DNA of 64,000 nucleotides from Spirochaetia bacterium (GTDB lineage: Bacteria > Spirochaetota > Spirochaetia > SZUA-6 > Bin103), in contig CBDBDQ010000005.1 in the NCBI GenBank assembly GCA_965203905.1, forward strand, positions 3,936,001-4,000,000, given 5' to 3'. Position 1 is the stretch's first letter. Every line of letters begins with the position of its first letter. The notes below the pieces were generated by a model. That model was not told where the DNA came from, searched no databases, and saw only the letters and a program-made list of their open reading frames with translations. This document shows positions 46,871 to 57,185 of the stretch, one piece after another. The position numbers and the translations under genes are program-made.

Positions 46871-48244
46871 TCAGCCCGACCGGCGCGGGTCGCCACGCCG
46901 CTGGCTGCGCACCCACGCCGCCGGATCGTCGTCCCAGTCGTGCCCGGAGTCGGCAATCGGGCCGAGCGCCGCTTCGATGTCGTCCGAGCGCCCGAGCGTG
47001 GCCGCCAGTGCCGCGAGGTCGGGGGGAATGCGGGGCGTCTCGGGAAGTTCCGCCAGCGCGTCCGCGACCTGGTTCTTGCCCGACCCGGTGCCGATGCCGA
47101 CCACCACTTGGTCCTTGAGAGAAGGGCCGCGGGCGTCCGCCTCGCGGGTGTCCAGCTCTTCCAGCCTTCCGCTGATAAGGCAGGCCGCCGAGGCCGCCGC
47201 CGCCGGCTGCAGGAACAGGCCCTCGCGTCGCGCCAGCGCGCGTGCGGCGGCGAAGCTGTCGGCGTCCGAGACCTCCCATCCGCGGCCGCCGGTGCGGCGC
47301 ATGATCGCGACCACCTGGTCGCCGGCACGCGGGAACGGATGGGTCATGCCGGTGGCGCGGGAGGTGGAACGACCCCAGTGACGGACCGGTTCGTTCCGTT
47401 CCCAGGCGTGCACGATCGGAGCGCAGCCGGTGGACTGCACCACGTCCAACGCCGGAGTGCGGTCGATCCACCCGAGTGCACTGAGCTGGCTGAAGCCCAG
47501 CTCCAGCGCCAGCACGTTGGTGCCGCCGCCGGTGGGGATCAGGATCCGGTCGGGGACACGCCAGCCGAGCGCCTCGGCGATCTCGAACGCCAGCGTCTTC
47601 TTGCCCTCGATGCGGTACAGGTTGTAGGGCTGCGTGGCGTGGAACCAGCCGTAGCGGTCGGCCGCCTGCTGCGCCAGCCGCGTGCCCTCCACCATGTCGC
47701 CGTCCACCACCAGCGCGCGGGTGCCAAATATCTGGTTCTGCAGCAGGTGGCCCGGTACGGTCTCCGGGCGCATCAGGGCGGTGAGCTGGAGCCCGGCCCG
47801 GGCACAGTAGGTGCTCAGGGCCGCCGACGCGTTGCCGGAGGAGGCGATGACCAGCCGCTCGATACCCACCTCCAGGCACTTGCTGACGGTGACGCTGGCG
47901 CCGCGGTCCTTGAACGAACCGCTGGGATTGCGCGACTCGTCCTTGATCAGAAAGCCGGGACAGCCGAATTCCGGGCCCAGCCGCTGCAGCGGCAGCAACG
48001 GCGTGTCGCCCTCCTGCAAGGACACTACGTGGCGCTCGTCGTGTACCGGCAGCAGGCAGCTCCAACGCCACATGCCGCGCGGCCGCGCCGCGAGCGCGTC
48101 GCGATCCACCTCGGCGCGCACCTTGTCCAGGTCGTATTCCGCCTGCAGGAAGCCGCCGCAGGCCGGACACAGCGGATCGCGCGTGCGGTCGCTGGTGGGT
48201 GCCCCGCAGCTCACGCAGCGCAGGCCGACCAGGTAACTCGTCAT
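46871..48244 (-). CDS. Threonine synthase-like PLP enzyme (fold type II)
   Basis: CxxC..CxxC N-terminus, EGDTPL, NPSGSFKDRG, SSGNA, EGKKT, PTGGG, TGSGK. Confidence 0.85.
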   Translation of the reverse strand: MTSYLVGLRCVSCGAPTSDRTRDPLCPACGGFLQAEYDLDKVRAEVDRDALAARPRGMWRWSCLLPVHDERHVVSLQEGDTPLLPLQRLGPEFGCPGFLIKDESRNPSGSFKDRGASVTVSKCLEVGIERLVIASSGNASAALSTYCARAGLQLTALMRPETVPGHLLQNQIFGTRALVVDGDMVEGTRLAQQAADRYGWFHATQPYNLYRIEGKKTLAFEIAEALGWRVPDRILIPTGGGTNVLALELGFSQLSALGWIDRTPALDVVQSTGCAPIVHAWERNEPVRHWGRSTSRATGMTHPFPRAGDQVVAIMRRTGGRGWEVSDADSFAAARALARREGLFLQPAAAASAACLISGRLEELDTREADARGPSLKDQVVVGIGTGSGKNQVADALAELPETPRIPPDLAALAATLGRSDDIEAALGPIADSGHDWDDDPAAWVRSQRRGDPRRSG

Positions 48245-50199
48245 CCGTCGGTGTCCCCGTCGCCCTCGGCGGAACGGTGCATCGATCCACTGCAGGTCGC
48301 CGCTGACCGCGCCTGGCCGGTTGCTGCGCCGCCCTCCGCTGCCGGCCGCGCCTCGGCACCCCCTGACGGTGACCGGTTCGGAGCGTCCGCGGACCGCGGA
48401 GGCGTGGGTGTCGCGCCGGCCTTCCTACCGGCCTCGGCACCGTCGCGACCGGAGCGGCTGCGCGTCGCCTCATCGCGCAGGCGCGCGGTAGCCGCTGCGT
48501 CGACCGCGCCGCCATCCGGATCGATCACCACCCCGTACAGTTCTCGCGCCGCGCGTAGCGAGACCTTCTCGTCGCGTACGTCGCGCCGCACCAGGTCCGG
48601 ATCACGGGTCAGGGGATCGCCGAAGCCGCCGCCGCCGGCGGCGGCCCAATGGAAGCGGTCGCCCGCCGCCAGCGGGTGCGACGTCACCTTGGAATGCAAC
48701 TCCTGTTCGTGGCGACTTCCGGGGTTGAGTGCGAACTCCGCCGGCTTGCCCGGCAATCCCCCGAAAAAACCGCCGGGGGGGAAGCGGGCGCGGTCGCACT
48801 GCACGGTGAGCAGCGCCTCGTCGGCGCCGTTGCGGAAGTCGCGCGCGATCGCCAGGCCGCCGCGGAAGCGGCCCGCACCGCCGGAGTCGGTCACGAACTC
48901 GTAGCGTTCGAACAGCACCGGGTGGCGCACCTCGATCGCCTCGAGCGGGGAGTTGGCGCTGTTGGAGGGGCCCGAGGTGCAGCCGTCCAGGCCGTCCTTG
49001 TTGTGGCGCGCGCCCCAGCTCGCATGGTTGCCGTCGAAGAACACGAAGTAGCGCCCGCTGTCGGGCTCGCGTCCGGTGAGCCCGAGATTCGGGGCACAGC
49101 CGTAGGAAGGGGTCACCACGCGTTGCGGGGCCACCTCGCGCAGCGCGCGAAACAGGGTGTCCACCACTCGCTGGCACACGATCATGCGGCTGTTGCACGC
49201 CGCCGGCGGCAGCGGGTTGACCAGGGTGCCGGCGGGCAGCACCACCCGCACCGGCCGGTAGCAGCCCTCGTTCATCATGATGTCGGCGTCGCACAGCGCG
49301 CGCACCGCGTAGTACACGGCGGAGCGGGTGGCCGCCGCCACCGCGTTGACCGAGCCGGGGCGCTGCCGGTCGGAACCGGTGAAGTCCGCCGTGAAGTCGC
49401 TGCCGCGAATCTCTACTCGCGCCCGCACCCGCGCCGGTTCGGTGGTCACGCCGTCGTCGTCGATGAATTCCTCCGCCTCGTAACTGCCGTCCGGCAGCGC
49501 GGCCAGGTTGCGCCGGATGCGGCGCTCGGAGTAGTCGATGAGCTGCTCGATGCCCGCCAACAGCGTGTCCGGGCCGTAGCGCGCCACCAGTTCCTCGAAC
49601 CGGCGCGCGCCGAGCTGCACCGCCGCCACCTGCGCCCGCAGATCGCCGAGCACCACGTCGGAGGTGCGCACGTTGGCGCGGATCAGGTCCATTACGGGCG
49701 CTATCGGTTGCCCCGCCTGGTACAGCTTGATCGGGGGGATGCGCAGCCCTTCGTGGAAGATCTCGCGCCCGCTGTTGGCCAGGCCGCCGGCGGCCACGCC
49801 GCCGATGTCGACGTGGTGCGCCAACGCCGCGGTGAAGGCCACCAGCGCGCCGTCGTGGAACACCGGCATCGAGAGCTGCACGTCCGGCAGGTGCTGGCCG
49901 CCGCTGTAAGGGTCGTTGGAGATGAAGATATCGCCCGGCGCGATGCGGTCGCGCGGAAAGCGTTCGAGGGTGGACTTGAGCAGCGGCCCGATCGAATTGA
50001 GGTGGATCGGAATGCGCGCCGCCTGGGCCACCACCCGGCCCTCCGCGTCGCACACGCAGGAGGAGAAATCGGCGCGCTCGCGGACGTTGAGCGAGTAGGC
50101 GGTGCGGCGCAGCACCGCGGCGGTCTCCTCGGCGATCGAGGTGAGAATGTTCTTGAGCACCTCCAGGGTGATCGGATCCACCTGCCGCGACTCATCCAT
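48241..50199 (-). CDS. hyuB: Hydantoinase B / oxoprolinase beta subunit
   Basis: NDPYSGGQHLPD, HHVDIGG, EGLRIPP, DSGGAGRFRGG, GGGGFGDP. Confidence 0.9.
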   Translation of the reverse strand: MDESRQVDPITLEVLKNILTSIAEETAAVLRRTAYSLNVRERADFSSCVCDAEGRVVAQAARIPIHLNSIGPLLKSTLERFPRDRIAPGDIFISNDPYSGGQHLPDVQLSMPVFHDGALVAFTAALAHHVDIGGVAAGGLANSGREIFHEGLRIPPIKLYQAGQPIAPVMDLIRANVRTSDVVLGDLRAQVAAVQLGARRFEELVARYGPDTLLAGIEQLIDYSERRIRRNLAALPDGSYEAEEFIDDDGVTTEPARVRARVEIRGSDFTADFTGSDRQRPGSVNAVAAATRSAVYYAVRALCDADIMMNEGCYRPVRVVLPAGTLVNPLPPAACNSRMIVCQRVVDTLFRALREVAPQRVVTPSYGCAPNLGLTGREPDSGRYFVFFDGNHASWGARHNKDGLDGCTSGPSNSANSPLEAIEVRHPVLFERYEFVTDSGGAGRFRGGLAIARDFRNGADEALLTVQCDRARFPPGGFFGGLPGKPAEFALNPGSRHEQELHSKVTSHPLAAGDRFHWAAAGGGGFGDPLTRDPDLVRRDVRDEKVSLRAARELYGVVIDPDGGAVDAAATARLRDEATRSRSGRDGAEAGRKAGATPTPPRSADAPNRSPSGGAEARPAAEGGAATGQARSAATCSGSMHRSAEGDGDTDG

Positions 50200-52309
50200 G
50201 AGCCGTCTCCTTCGCCGCTGCCGATCGCGGCGCCGGGGTGATTACCAGGTTGCCGAAACGGTCCACGGCGGCCTCCTGGCCGGGGTAGACGATGGTGGTG
50301 GTGTCGTCCTGCTCCACCACCGCCGGTCCCGGCAGGCGCATCCCGCGGCGCAGCTCGCGGCGCCGGAACAGAGGGCAGCTCCGGAACTCCGCCTCGCCCT
50401 CGAACAGCAGTGCCCGGCTGGCCTGCTCCCGTGGCGACGCAGCGTCGCCGCCGGCGGCCGCAGCCCCCGTCTCCGGCAGCCGCGGCTTTCTTATGGCGCC
50501 GATGCCGAGCACGCGCAGATTGACGATCTCGGTAGGCTCGTCGTACGCGGCGTGGGTGTACAGCCGTTCGTGCAGCCGGTGGAAGTCGCGCACCGCATCC
50601 TCCAGGGAGCCCGCGGCGAACCGCTCACCCGCCACCGGCACCGTGACCTCGTGGCCCTGCCCGCGGTAGCGCATGTCCAGGGCGCGCACCGTCCTCTGTC
50701 CGCCGCCGTCGATTCCCTGGTCGGCGAGCCAGGCTCGCGCCTGCCGCTCCAGGTCCGCGAAACCGCGTTCCAGCTCGCCCGCGTCCACCACATCGGCGGC
50801 GCGCAGCACGCTCCGCACGTAGTCGGTGCGGGCGTCCGCCACCAGCAGGCCCAGCGCCGACAGCACGCCGGGCTGCGGCGGCACGATCACCCGCGGGATG
50901 TTCAGCTCCAGCGCCAGGCGGCCGGCGTGCAGCGGTCCGGCACCGCCGAACGCGATCAGGGCGAACTCGCGCAGGTCGTGTCCGCGGTCCACCGAGATCA
51001 CCCGGATCGCCCGGATCATGTTGGCGTTGGCCACCCGCACGATGCCCAGCGCGACCGGCAGCGGCTGCATCCCCAGCCTGCTTCCCAGCCGCTCGATGCT
51101 GCGCCGCGCCGCGGCGGCGTCGAGCGCGATGCTGCCGCCCAGCGCGTGCTCCGGGTCGAGCCGCCCCAGCACCAGGTTGGCATCGGTCACCGTGGGCTCG
51201 GTGCCGCCGCGGCCGTAGCACACCGGTCCCGGCACCGCGCCGGCACTGCGCGGTCCCACCCTGAGAATGCCCCCCGGGTCGAGCCAGGCGATGCTGCCGC
51301 CGCCCGCGCCGATGTAGTTGAGACCGAGCATCGGAATCGACAGCGGGTAGCCGCCGAGGCTGCCGCCCGAGGTTATCTCCGGCTCGCCGGCGCGGATCAG
51401 GCTGACGTCGGTGCTGGTGCCGCCCATGTCCAGCGTCACCACGTCGTCCAGCCCGGCGTGGCGGGCGACCCAGGCGCCGCCGAGGACGCCGCCGACCGGT
51501 CCCGACACCGCCGTGTGGACGCAACGCCGGCGCGCCGCCGCGCTGCCCATCACCCCGCCCATGCCCTGCATCACGTGCAGCGGCGCGCGGAATCCGGCCT
51601 CCCGCAGGCGTCGCTCCATCTTCCCCAGGTAGCGGTCCAGGATCGGCATCACCGCGGCGTTCAGCACCGTGCTGCTGACGCGCTCGTACTCCCGGTACTG
51701 CGGCAGCACCTCCGACGACAGGCAGACCGCCAGCTCCGGGTGGTGGCGCGCGCAGTACTCCGCCACCAGCCGCTCGTGCGTCGGGTTGGCATAGGCGTGC
51801 AGGAAGCACACTGCGACCACTTCCACGCGGTGCCGGCGCAGCTCGGCGACCGCGGCCGCCACGCTCGCCTCCTGCAACGGCGTCAGCACCTTGCCGGCGG
51901 CGTCGATCCGCTCCGCCACCCCCAACCGCAGGAAGCGCGGCACCAGCGGTGGCGGCTTGTCGAACTGGGTATCGTAGAGCGCCGCCTCGGGATTGCCCGA
52001 CTCCGGCACCCGCGTCAGCCTGCCGATCTCCAGCACGTCGCGGAACCCCGCCGTGGTGAGCAGTCCCACCTGCGCCGTGGTGCCCTCCAGGATGGCGTTG
52101 AGGGCCACCGTGCTGCCGTGCGCGAGGTAGCGCACCGCCGCCGGCGCCACCCCGGCCGCGCGCGTGAGGCGGCGCAGGCCGTGCAGCGCGCCGTCCGCCG
52201 GCTCCCGCGGGGTGGACGGCACCTTGACGGTGTGCGCCGCGCCGCCGACGTCGTCCACCAGGATCAGGTCGGTGAAGGTGCCGCCGATGTCGTAGCCCAG
52301 CCGGTACAT
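50192..52309 (-). CDS. hyuA: Hydantoinase A / oxoprolinase alpha subunit
   Basis: DIGGTFTD, HGST, SGPVGG, DMGGTSTD, GAGGGS, FGGAGPLH. Confidence 0.92.
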   Translation of the reverse strand: MYRLGYDIGGTFTDLILVDDVGGAAHTVKVPSTPREPADGALHGLRRLTRAAGVAPAAVRYLAHGSTVALNAILEGTTAQVGLLTTAGFRDVLEIGRLTRVPESGNPEAALYDTQFDKPPPLVPRFLRLGVAERIDAAGKVLTPLQEASVAAAVAELRRHRVEVVAVCFLHAYANPTHERLVAEYCARHHPELAVCLSSEVLPQYREYERVSSTVLNAAVMPILDRYLGKMERRLREAGFRAPLHVMQGMGGVMGSAAARRRCVHTAVSGPVGGVLGGAWVARHAGLDDVVTLDMGGTSTDVSLIRAGEPEITSGGSLGGYPLSIPMLGLNYIGAGGGSIAWLDPGGILRVGPRSAGAVPGPVCYGRGGTEPTVTDANLVLGRLDPEHALGGSIALDAAAARRSIERLGSRLGMQPLPVALGIVRVANANMIRAIRVISVDRGHDLREFALIAFGGAGPLHAGRLALELNIPRVIVPPQPGVLSALGLLVADARTDYVRSVLRAADVVDAGELERGFADLERQARAWLADQGIDGGGQRTVRALDMRYRGQGHEVTVPVAGERFAAGSLEDAVRDFHRLHERLYTHAAYDEPTEIVNLRVLGIGAIRKPRLPETGAAAAGGDAASPREQASRALLFEGEAEFRSCPLFRRRELRRGMRLPGPAVVEQDDTTTIVYPGQEAAVDRFGNLVITPAPRSAAAKETAHG

Positions 52310-52364
52310 GTCAACCGGCGCCGATCATAGCGTTTCGGCGCCGATAGATGGTACCAATTACGCG

Positions 52365-53369
52365 ATGCGCGACATCGACCGGCTACTGCTGGCGGAAGTC
52401 GAGGAGTTGCTGCCCGAGCGCCTGTTCGACGTCCATGTCCACGTCTGGCGCCGCGACCACCTTGGCCCCTCGGCGGTGGCCGGCTTCGGCCACTGGCTGA
52501 CCCGGGACCAGTACCTGGGGGAGGACCTCGCCGCCGAGTTCGCGCGCCTGTTCCCGGGCCGTGCCTGCAGCGCCCTGCTGTTCCCCCTGCCGGTGGCGGA
52601 CGGCGACGTCGCCGCCATGAACCGCTACCTGGCCGACCTGGTGCGGGCCGAGGAGCGCCGCTACGGGCTGATGATCCCGCCGCTGGAGGCCTCCGCGGAG
52701 GAACTGGCCCGGCAAGTCGCGGCCGGCGGCTTTCTCGGCTTCAAGCCCTACTGGACCTTCGCCGGCAGCGATCTTCGCCAAGTAGCGATAGACGATTTCG
52801 TGACCCCCGCCCAGCTCGCTGTGGCACACGAGCTGGGCCTGATCATCATGCTGCATCCGCCGGGCAGCCTGCCGCGGCACCAGCGCGCCATCCGCGCCGC
52901 GGCGCTGCGTTATCCGGGCGCCACCTTCATCCTGCCGCACTGCGCCACCTGCTACCACTACGCGTCGTTGGCGGTCAGCATCGACAGCGTGTGCGACCTG
53001 GCCAACGTCCACTTCGACCTGTCCACGGTGATCGCCGGCGACGCGGTCAGCCTGCTGCTGCGCGAGGTGGGCCCGGAGCGGGTGATGTTCGGAACCGACT
53101 TTCCGTTCGCCTCGGAGCGCATGACGCTGGCCTACCTGGAGAGCGGGCTGGTGCCGCTGCGCGAGGCCACCGCGCCGCCGCCGCCGGCCGGCCGCCGCTA
53201 CGCGTTCAGCTACCTGATCTACGAGCAGCTGCGGGCGTTGCGGGCGGCGCGCGACCTGCTGCGGCTGAGCGCCGCCGACCTCCACGCGATCATGTACGGC
53301 AACGCGGAGCGGCTGGTGCAGCGCACCGCCGGCGGCGCTACCGGCGGCACGCCCGCCGGCATGCGCTGA
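52365..53369 (+). CDS. Amidohydrolase_2 family metal-dependent hydrolase
   Basis: FDVHVH, GFKPY, MLH, ILPH, FDLS, MFGTDFP. Confidence 0.8.
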   Translation: MRDIDRLLLAEVEELLPERLFDVHVHVWRRDHLGPSAVAGFGHWLTRDQYLGEDLAAEFARLFPGRACSALLFPLPVADGDVAAMNRYLADLVRAEERRYGLMIPPLEASAEELARQVAAGGFLGFKPYWTFAGSDLRQVAIDDFVTPAQLAVAHELGLIIMLHPPGSLPRHQRAIRAAALRYPGATFILPHCATCYHYASLAVSIDSVCDLANVHFDLSTVIAGDAVSLLLREVGPERVMFGTDFPFASERMTLAYLESGLVPLREATAPPPPAGRRYAFSYLIYEQLRALRAARDLLRLSAADLHAIMYGNAERLVQRTAGGATGGTPAGMR

Positions 53370-53372
53370 GCG

Positions 53373-54317
53373 ATGTTCCACTTCATCCTGCGCCGGGTGC
53401 TGCAGATGCTGCTGATCCTGTTCCTGGTGAGCAGCGCGGTGTTCTTCATGTTCAAGCTGGTGCCGGGCGACGTGGCGGTGGTGCGGCTCGGCATCGAGCA
53501 GACGCCCGAGGCGGTGGCGGCGCTGCGCGCGCAGCTCGGCCTCGACCGCCCGCTGATCGTGCAGTACCTCTCCTGGCTGGCCGGGCTGGTGCGCGGCGAC
53601 CTGGGCACCTCCTACGTCGACGGCGCGCCGGTGTTCGGCATCGTCGCCAGCCGCTTCTTCATCACCCTGGAGCTGGTGCTGGTGATCACGGTGCTGTCGG
53701 CGCTGATCTCGATTCCGGTGGCGGTGGTGGCGGCGCAGAAGAAGGGTACGCTGGTGGACAGCGGCATCCGCGCCGCGTCGATGGTCGGCTACAGCCTGCC
53801 CACCTACTGGTGGGCGATCCTGCTGATGCTGCTGTTCTCGGTGGCGCTGGGGTGGCTGCCGGCAGGCGGCTACGTCTACCCCAGCCGCGACTTCGGCCGC
53901 CACCTGGTCCACCTGATCATGCCCACCGTGGCGATGGTTATGATCCTGGTGGCGGCGCAGGTCCGGTTCCTGCGTGCCAGCATCCTGGACATCATCCAGC
54001 TCGACTACGTGCGCACCGCCCGCGCCAAGGGGCTGTCGTCGCGCCGGGTGCTGTACAAGCACGTGCTGCGCAACTCGCTGGCCGCGTTCATCACCGTGGT
54101 CGGCCTCAACTTCGCCACCCTGATCGGCGGCATGGTGATCATCGAGCAGATCTTCATCTGGCCCGGCCTCGGCTGGCTGATCATCACCTCGATCCTCAAC
54201 CGCGACTTCCCGGTGGTGCAGGGCGCGGTGCTGTTCGTGGCCGCGATCTTCGTCAGCGTCAACCTGGTCGTGGACATCCTGTACGCGGCGCTGGACCCGC
54301 GCATCCGCTATGAGTGA
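53373..54317 (+). CDS. Peptide/nickel ABC permease (DppB-like)
   Basis: GDLGTS, DYVRTARAKGL, RDFPVVQG, DPRIRY. Confidence 0.92.
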   Translation: MFHFILRRVLQMLLILFLVSSAVFFMFKLVPGDVAVVRLGIEQTPEAVAALRAQLGLDRPLIVQYLSWLAGLVRGDLGTSYVDGAPVFGIVASRFFITLELVLVITVLSALISIPVAVVAAQKKGTLVDSGIRAASMVGYSLPTYWWAILLMLLFSVALGWLPAGGYVYPSRDFGRHLVHLIMPTVAMVMILVAAQVRFLRASILDIIQLDYVRTARAKGLSSRRVLYKHVLRNSLAAFITVVGLNFATLIGGMVIIEQIFIWPGLGWLIITSILNRDFPVVQGAVLFVAAIFVSVNLVVDILYAALDPRIRYE

Positions 54318-55212
54318 GCGCGCCGCCACCGAAACGGCCGAAACGAGCGGCGCCGCCCGCCGCCGGCGCAGCTTCCTGCGCCGCCTGCTGCGCGACCGCA
54401 GCACCACCCTGCCGCTGCTGTTCCTGCTGCTCCTGGTGCTGATGGCGGCGGGGGCCGACCTGATCACCCGCTACGATCCACTCGACCCGGTGGGCGATCC
54501 GCTGCTGCCGGCGGGCGGCCCGTTTCCCCTCGGCACCGACGAGATCGGCCGCGACATCCTCACCCGGGTGATCTATGCCTCCCGCATCACCCTGGCGGTG
54601 GGCGTCATGTCATCGGTGGGCGCGCTGCTGATAGGTGTCCCCCTGGGCCTCCTCGCCGGCTGGTTCGGCCGCTTCACCGACGCCGTGGTGATGCGCGCCA
54701 TGGACAGCGTGCTGTCGATACCCCCGCTGCTGCTGGCGCTGGTGATGGTGAGCGTGCTCGGCGGCAACGTGTTCGTGGCCATGCTCGCCATCGTGCTGGT
54801 GTTCATCCCCCACTTCGTGCGCATCAGCCGCGCCGAGGTGCTCAGCCTGCGCAACCTGGAGTTCGTGCTCGCCGCCCAGGCCGTGGGCATGTCCACCTGG
54901 CGCCTGCTGTTCGGCACCATCCTGCGCAACGCCATCTCGCCGGTGATGGTGCAGTTTTCGCTGGTGTTCTCGCGCGCGGTGATCGTGGAGGCGGGTCTCA
55001 GCTTCCTCGGCCTCGGCGCGCAGCCGCCCACTCCGACCTGGGGCAACATGCTCAACACCGGCCGCGGCTACCTCTACTACAACACCCTCTACGCCATCAT
55101 TCCCGGGGTCGCCATCTTCCTCACCGTGCTCTCCCTGAACATCGTCGGCGACTCCCTGCGCGACCGCCTCGACCCCCGCGACGCCGGCCTCATCAAGGAA
55201 GACAACGCCTGA
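54310..55212 (+). CDS. Peptide/nickel ABC permease (DppC-like)
   Basis: LGTDEIGRDILTR, EAGLSFLGLG, GDSLRDRLDP. Confidence 0.92.
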   Translation: MSERAATETAETSGAARRRRSFLRRLLRDRSTTLPLLFLLLLVLMAAGADLITRYDPLDPVGDPLLPAGGPFPLGTDEIGRDILTRVIYASRITLAVGVMSSVGALLIGVPLGLLAGWFGRFTDAVVMRAMDSVLSIPPLLLALVMVSVLGGNVFVAMLAIVLVFIPHFVRISRAEVLSLRNLEFVLAAQAVGMSTWRLLFGTILRNAISPVMVQFSLVFSRAVIVEAGLSFLGLGAQPPTPTWGNMLNTGRGYLYYNTLYAIIPGVAIFLTVLSLNIVGDSLRDRLDPRDAGLIKEDNA

Positions 55213-55319
55213 CCTCCCATGCTCGTCATCCGGCCTGCTGCAAGCGCCGCGCCGCCCACGACTCCGACCGGTAGTGGACATCATTGACGCCCACAGGTCT
55301 CTCATCGGTTTGCCGGACA

Positions 55320-55349
55320 TTGATAATCGATTATCAGTAGCTCTATACT
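55320..55349 (+). promoter_or_regulatory. Promoter overlapped by a Fur-like palindromic operator
   Basis: Perfect palindrome TGATAATCGATTATCA (55321-55336) over TTGATA(-35)-18 nt-TATACT(-10). Confidence 0.65.
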
Positions 55350-55448
55350 CCGAGCGCCATGCACGCCATCGCGGCCCGTATCGGCGGTGAGAGGATCTCG
55401 CTCTCCGTGCAACACCCTTAGGAAAGCCACGGGAGGACGACGCCGGGG

Positions 55449-57185
55449 ATGATGGTCCATCGGAAGATGCTGGCGTTGACGGAGGGCACGCGGGCTCGAA
55501 TCGCCCTCACCGTGGCGCTGGGGTTGGCGATCTCCGGCACATTCGTTGCGCAGGGCGTGGCCGTGGCCCTCGTGGTCAGCCGCATCCTGGCCGGCGAGCC
55601 GTGGACGGGGGCGCTCGCCCCCGTGGGCGGCGTCGCTCTGCTGGCGGCACTTCGCGCGGTGCTGCTCCGGTGGCGGGAGATCAGTTCCATGCTCACCGCC
55701 GCGGAAGTGAAGGTTGCCCTGCGCCAGCGGCTCTACCGGGCGCTTCTTGCCCTCGGGCCCGGGTACCTGGAACGGACGCGGACGGGAACGGTGCAGTCGA
55801 CCCTCGTGGACGGCGTGGAAGCCCTGGAGTCCTACCTGGGCTACTACCTGCCGCAGTCCATTGTCGCGGTGGCCGTGCCCCTGGCCGTGGTGGCGTACAT
55901 CTGCGTCCTCAGCCCCCTGGTGGGCGTGGTCGTGCTGGTGTGCGTGCTGGCCGTTCCCCTGGTGCCGCGCCTGTGGGACGGCCTGCTGGGCGAGTACGGC
56001 CGGCGGCACTGGCGGGCGTACACGGACCTCAACGCCCAGTTCGTGGACAGCATGCAGGGAATGGTCACGCTGAAGGCGCTCAACGCCAGCGAGCGCCGGG
56101 GGCGGGGCCTCCAGGACGCCGCGCTCGCGCTCTACCGGGCGACGATGGCGCAGCTCGCCATCTCCATGATCCGCAACGGCGTCGTGGGGCTGGCGATGAG
56201 CGCAGGCGTGGCGCTGGCCGTCGCCGTGGGCGCGTTCCAGGTGGCGGACGGAGCGCTCAACCTGGCGCGACTCCTCGTGGTGCTGTTCCTCACGGGGGAG
56301 TGCTTCCGTCCGTTGGTGGAGTTGGACTCCTATTGGCACAAGGGATACATGGGGCTGTCCGCCTCCACGGGCATCTTCGAGCTCCTGGACGCAAAGCCCG
56401 AGGTGGCTGACCGTGAGGCCACGCCGCCGCCTCCCGAGCCTTCGAGCACGCCGAAGTCCCTCGCCTTCGTGAACGTCACCTTTGCCTACCACCCGGATCA
56501 CGCGCCAGCGCTCGACGGCCTGTCGTTCAGCGTGGACGCAGGCCAGAGCATCGGCCTCGTTGGTCAGTCGGGGGCGGGGAAGAGCACCGTGGCTGCGCTG
56601 CTGCTGCGGTTCTTCGACCCCCAGCACGGGCTCGTGGAGATTGGGGGCGTGGACATCCGCGACTACCCCCTGGAGATGCTGCGCGGCCTCATCGCCGTGG
56701 TGTCCCAGGACGCCTATCTCTTTCATGGGACGGCTGAGGACAACCTCCGCATCGGGAAGCCCGGAGCCTCCGTGGGGGAGCTGGAAGCGGCGGCGCGGGC
56801 GGCCAACGCTCACGGGTTCATCACCGCACTCCCCCAGGGGTATCAGACCGTGGTCGGAGAACGGGGAGCGAAGCTCTCCGGGGGTGAGCGCCAGCGCATC
56901 GCCATCGCGCGGGCGTTGCTGAAGGATGCCCCGATCCTCATCCTGGACGAGGCGACCTCCAGCCTGGACGGCGTGAACGAGCGTGCCATCCGTGACGCGC
57001 TGAAGCGGCTGGCCCGGGGACGGACGACCATCACCATCGCCCACCGGTTCTCCTCCGTCGTCCACGCCGACCGCATCGTGGTCCTGGACGAGGGGCGGGT
57101 GGTCGAGGCTGGCCGCCACCAGGAGTTGATGGCGCGCCGCGGCGCGTATGCCGGCCTCGTCCTGGCGCAGCAGGAGGCCCTGTGA
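55449..57185 (+). CDS. Type IV ABC transporter subunit (TMD+NBD), YbtP/IrtA- or CydD-like
   Basis: TM domain, GQSGAGKST, LSGGERQR, ILDEATS. Confidence 0.88.
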   Translation: MMVHRKMLALTEGTRARIALTVALGLAISGTFVAQGVAVALVVSRILAGEPWTGALAPVGGVALLAALRAVLLRWREISSMLTAAEVKVALRQRLYRALLALGPGYLERTRTGTVQSTLVDGVEALESYLGYYLPQSIVAVAVPLAVVAYICVLSPLVGVVVLVCVLAVPLVPRLWDGLLGEYGRRHWRAYTDLNAQFVDSMQGMVTLKALNASERRGRGLQDAALALYRATMAQLAISMIRNGVVGLAMSAGVALAVAVGAFQVADGALNLARLLVVLFLTGECFRPLVELDSYWHKGYMGLSASTGIFELLDAKPEVADREATPPPPEPSSTPKSLAFVNVTFAYHPDHAPALDGLSFSVDAGQSIGLVGQSGAGKSTVAALLLRFFDPQHGLVEIGGVDIRDYPLEMLRGLIAVVSQDAYLFHGTAEDNLRIGKPGASVGELEAAARAANAHGFITALPQGYQTVVGERGAKLSGGERQRIAIARALLKDAPILILDEATSSLDGVNERAIRDALKRLARGRTTITIAHRFSSVVHADRIVVLDEGRVVEAGRHQELMARRGAYAGLVLAQQEAL

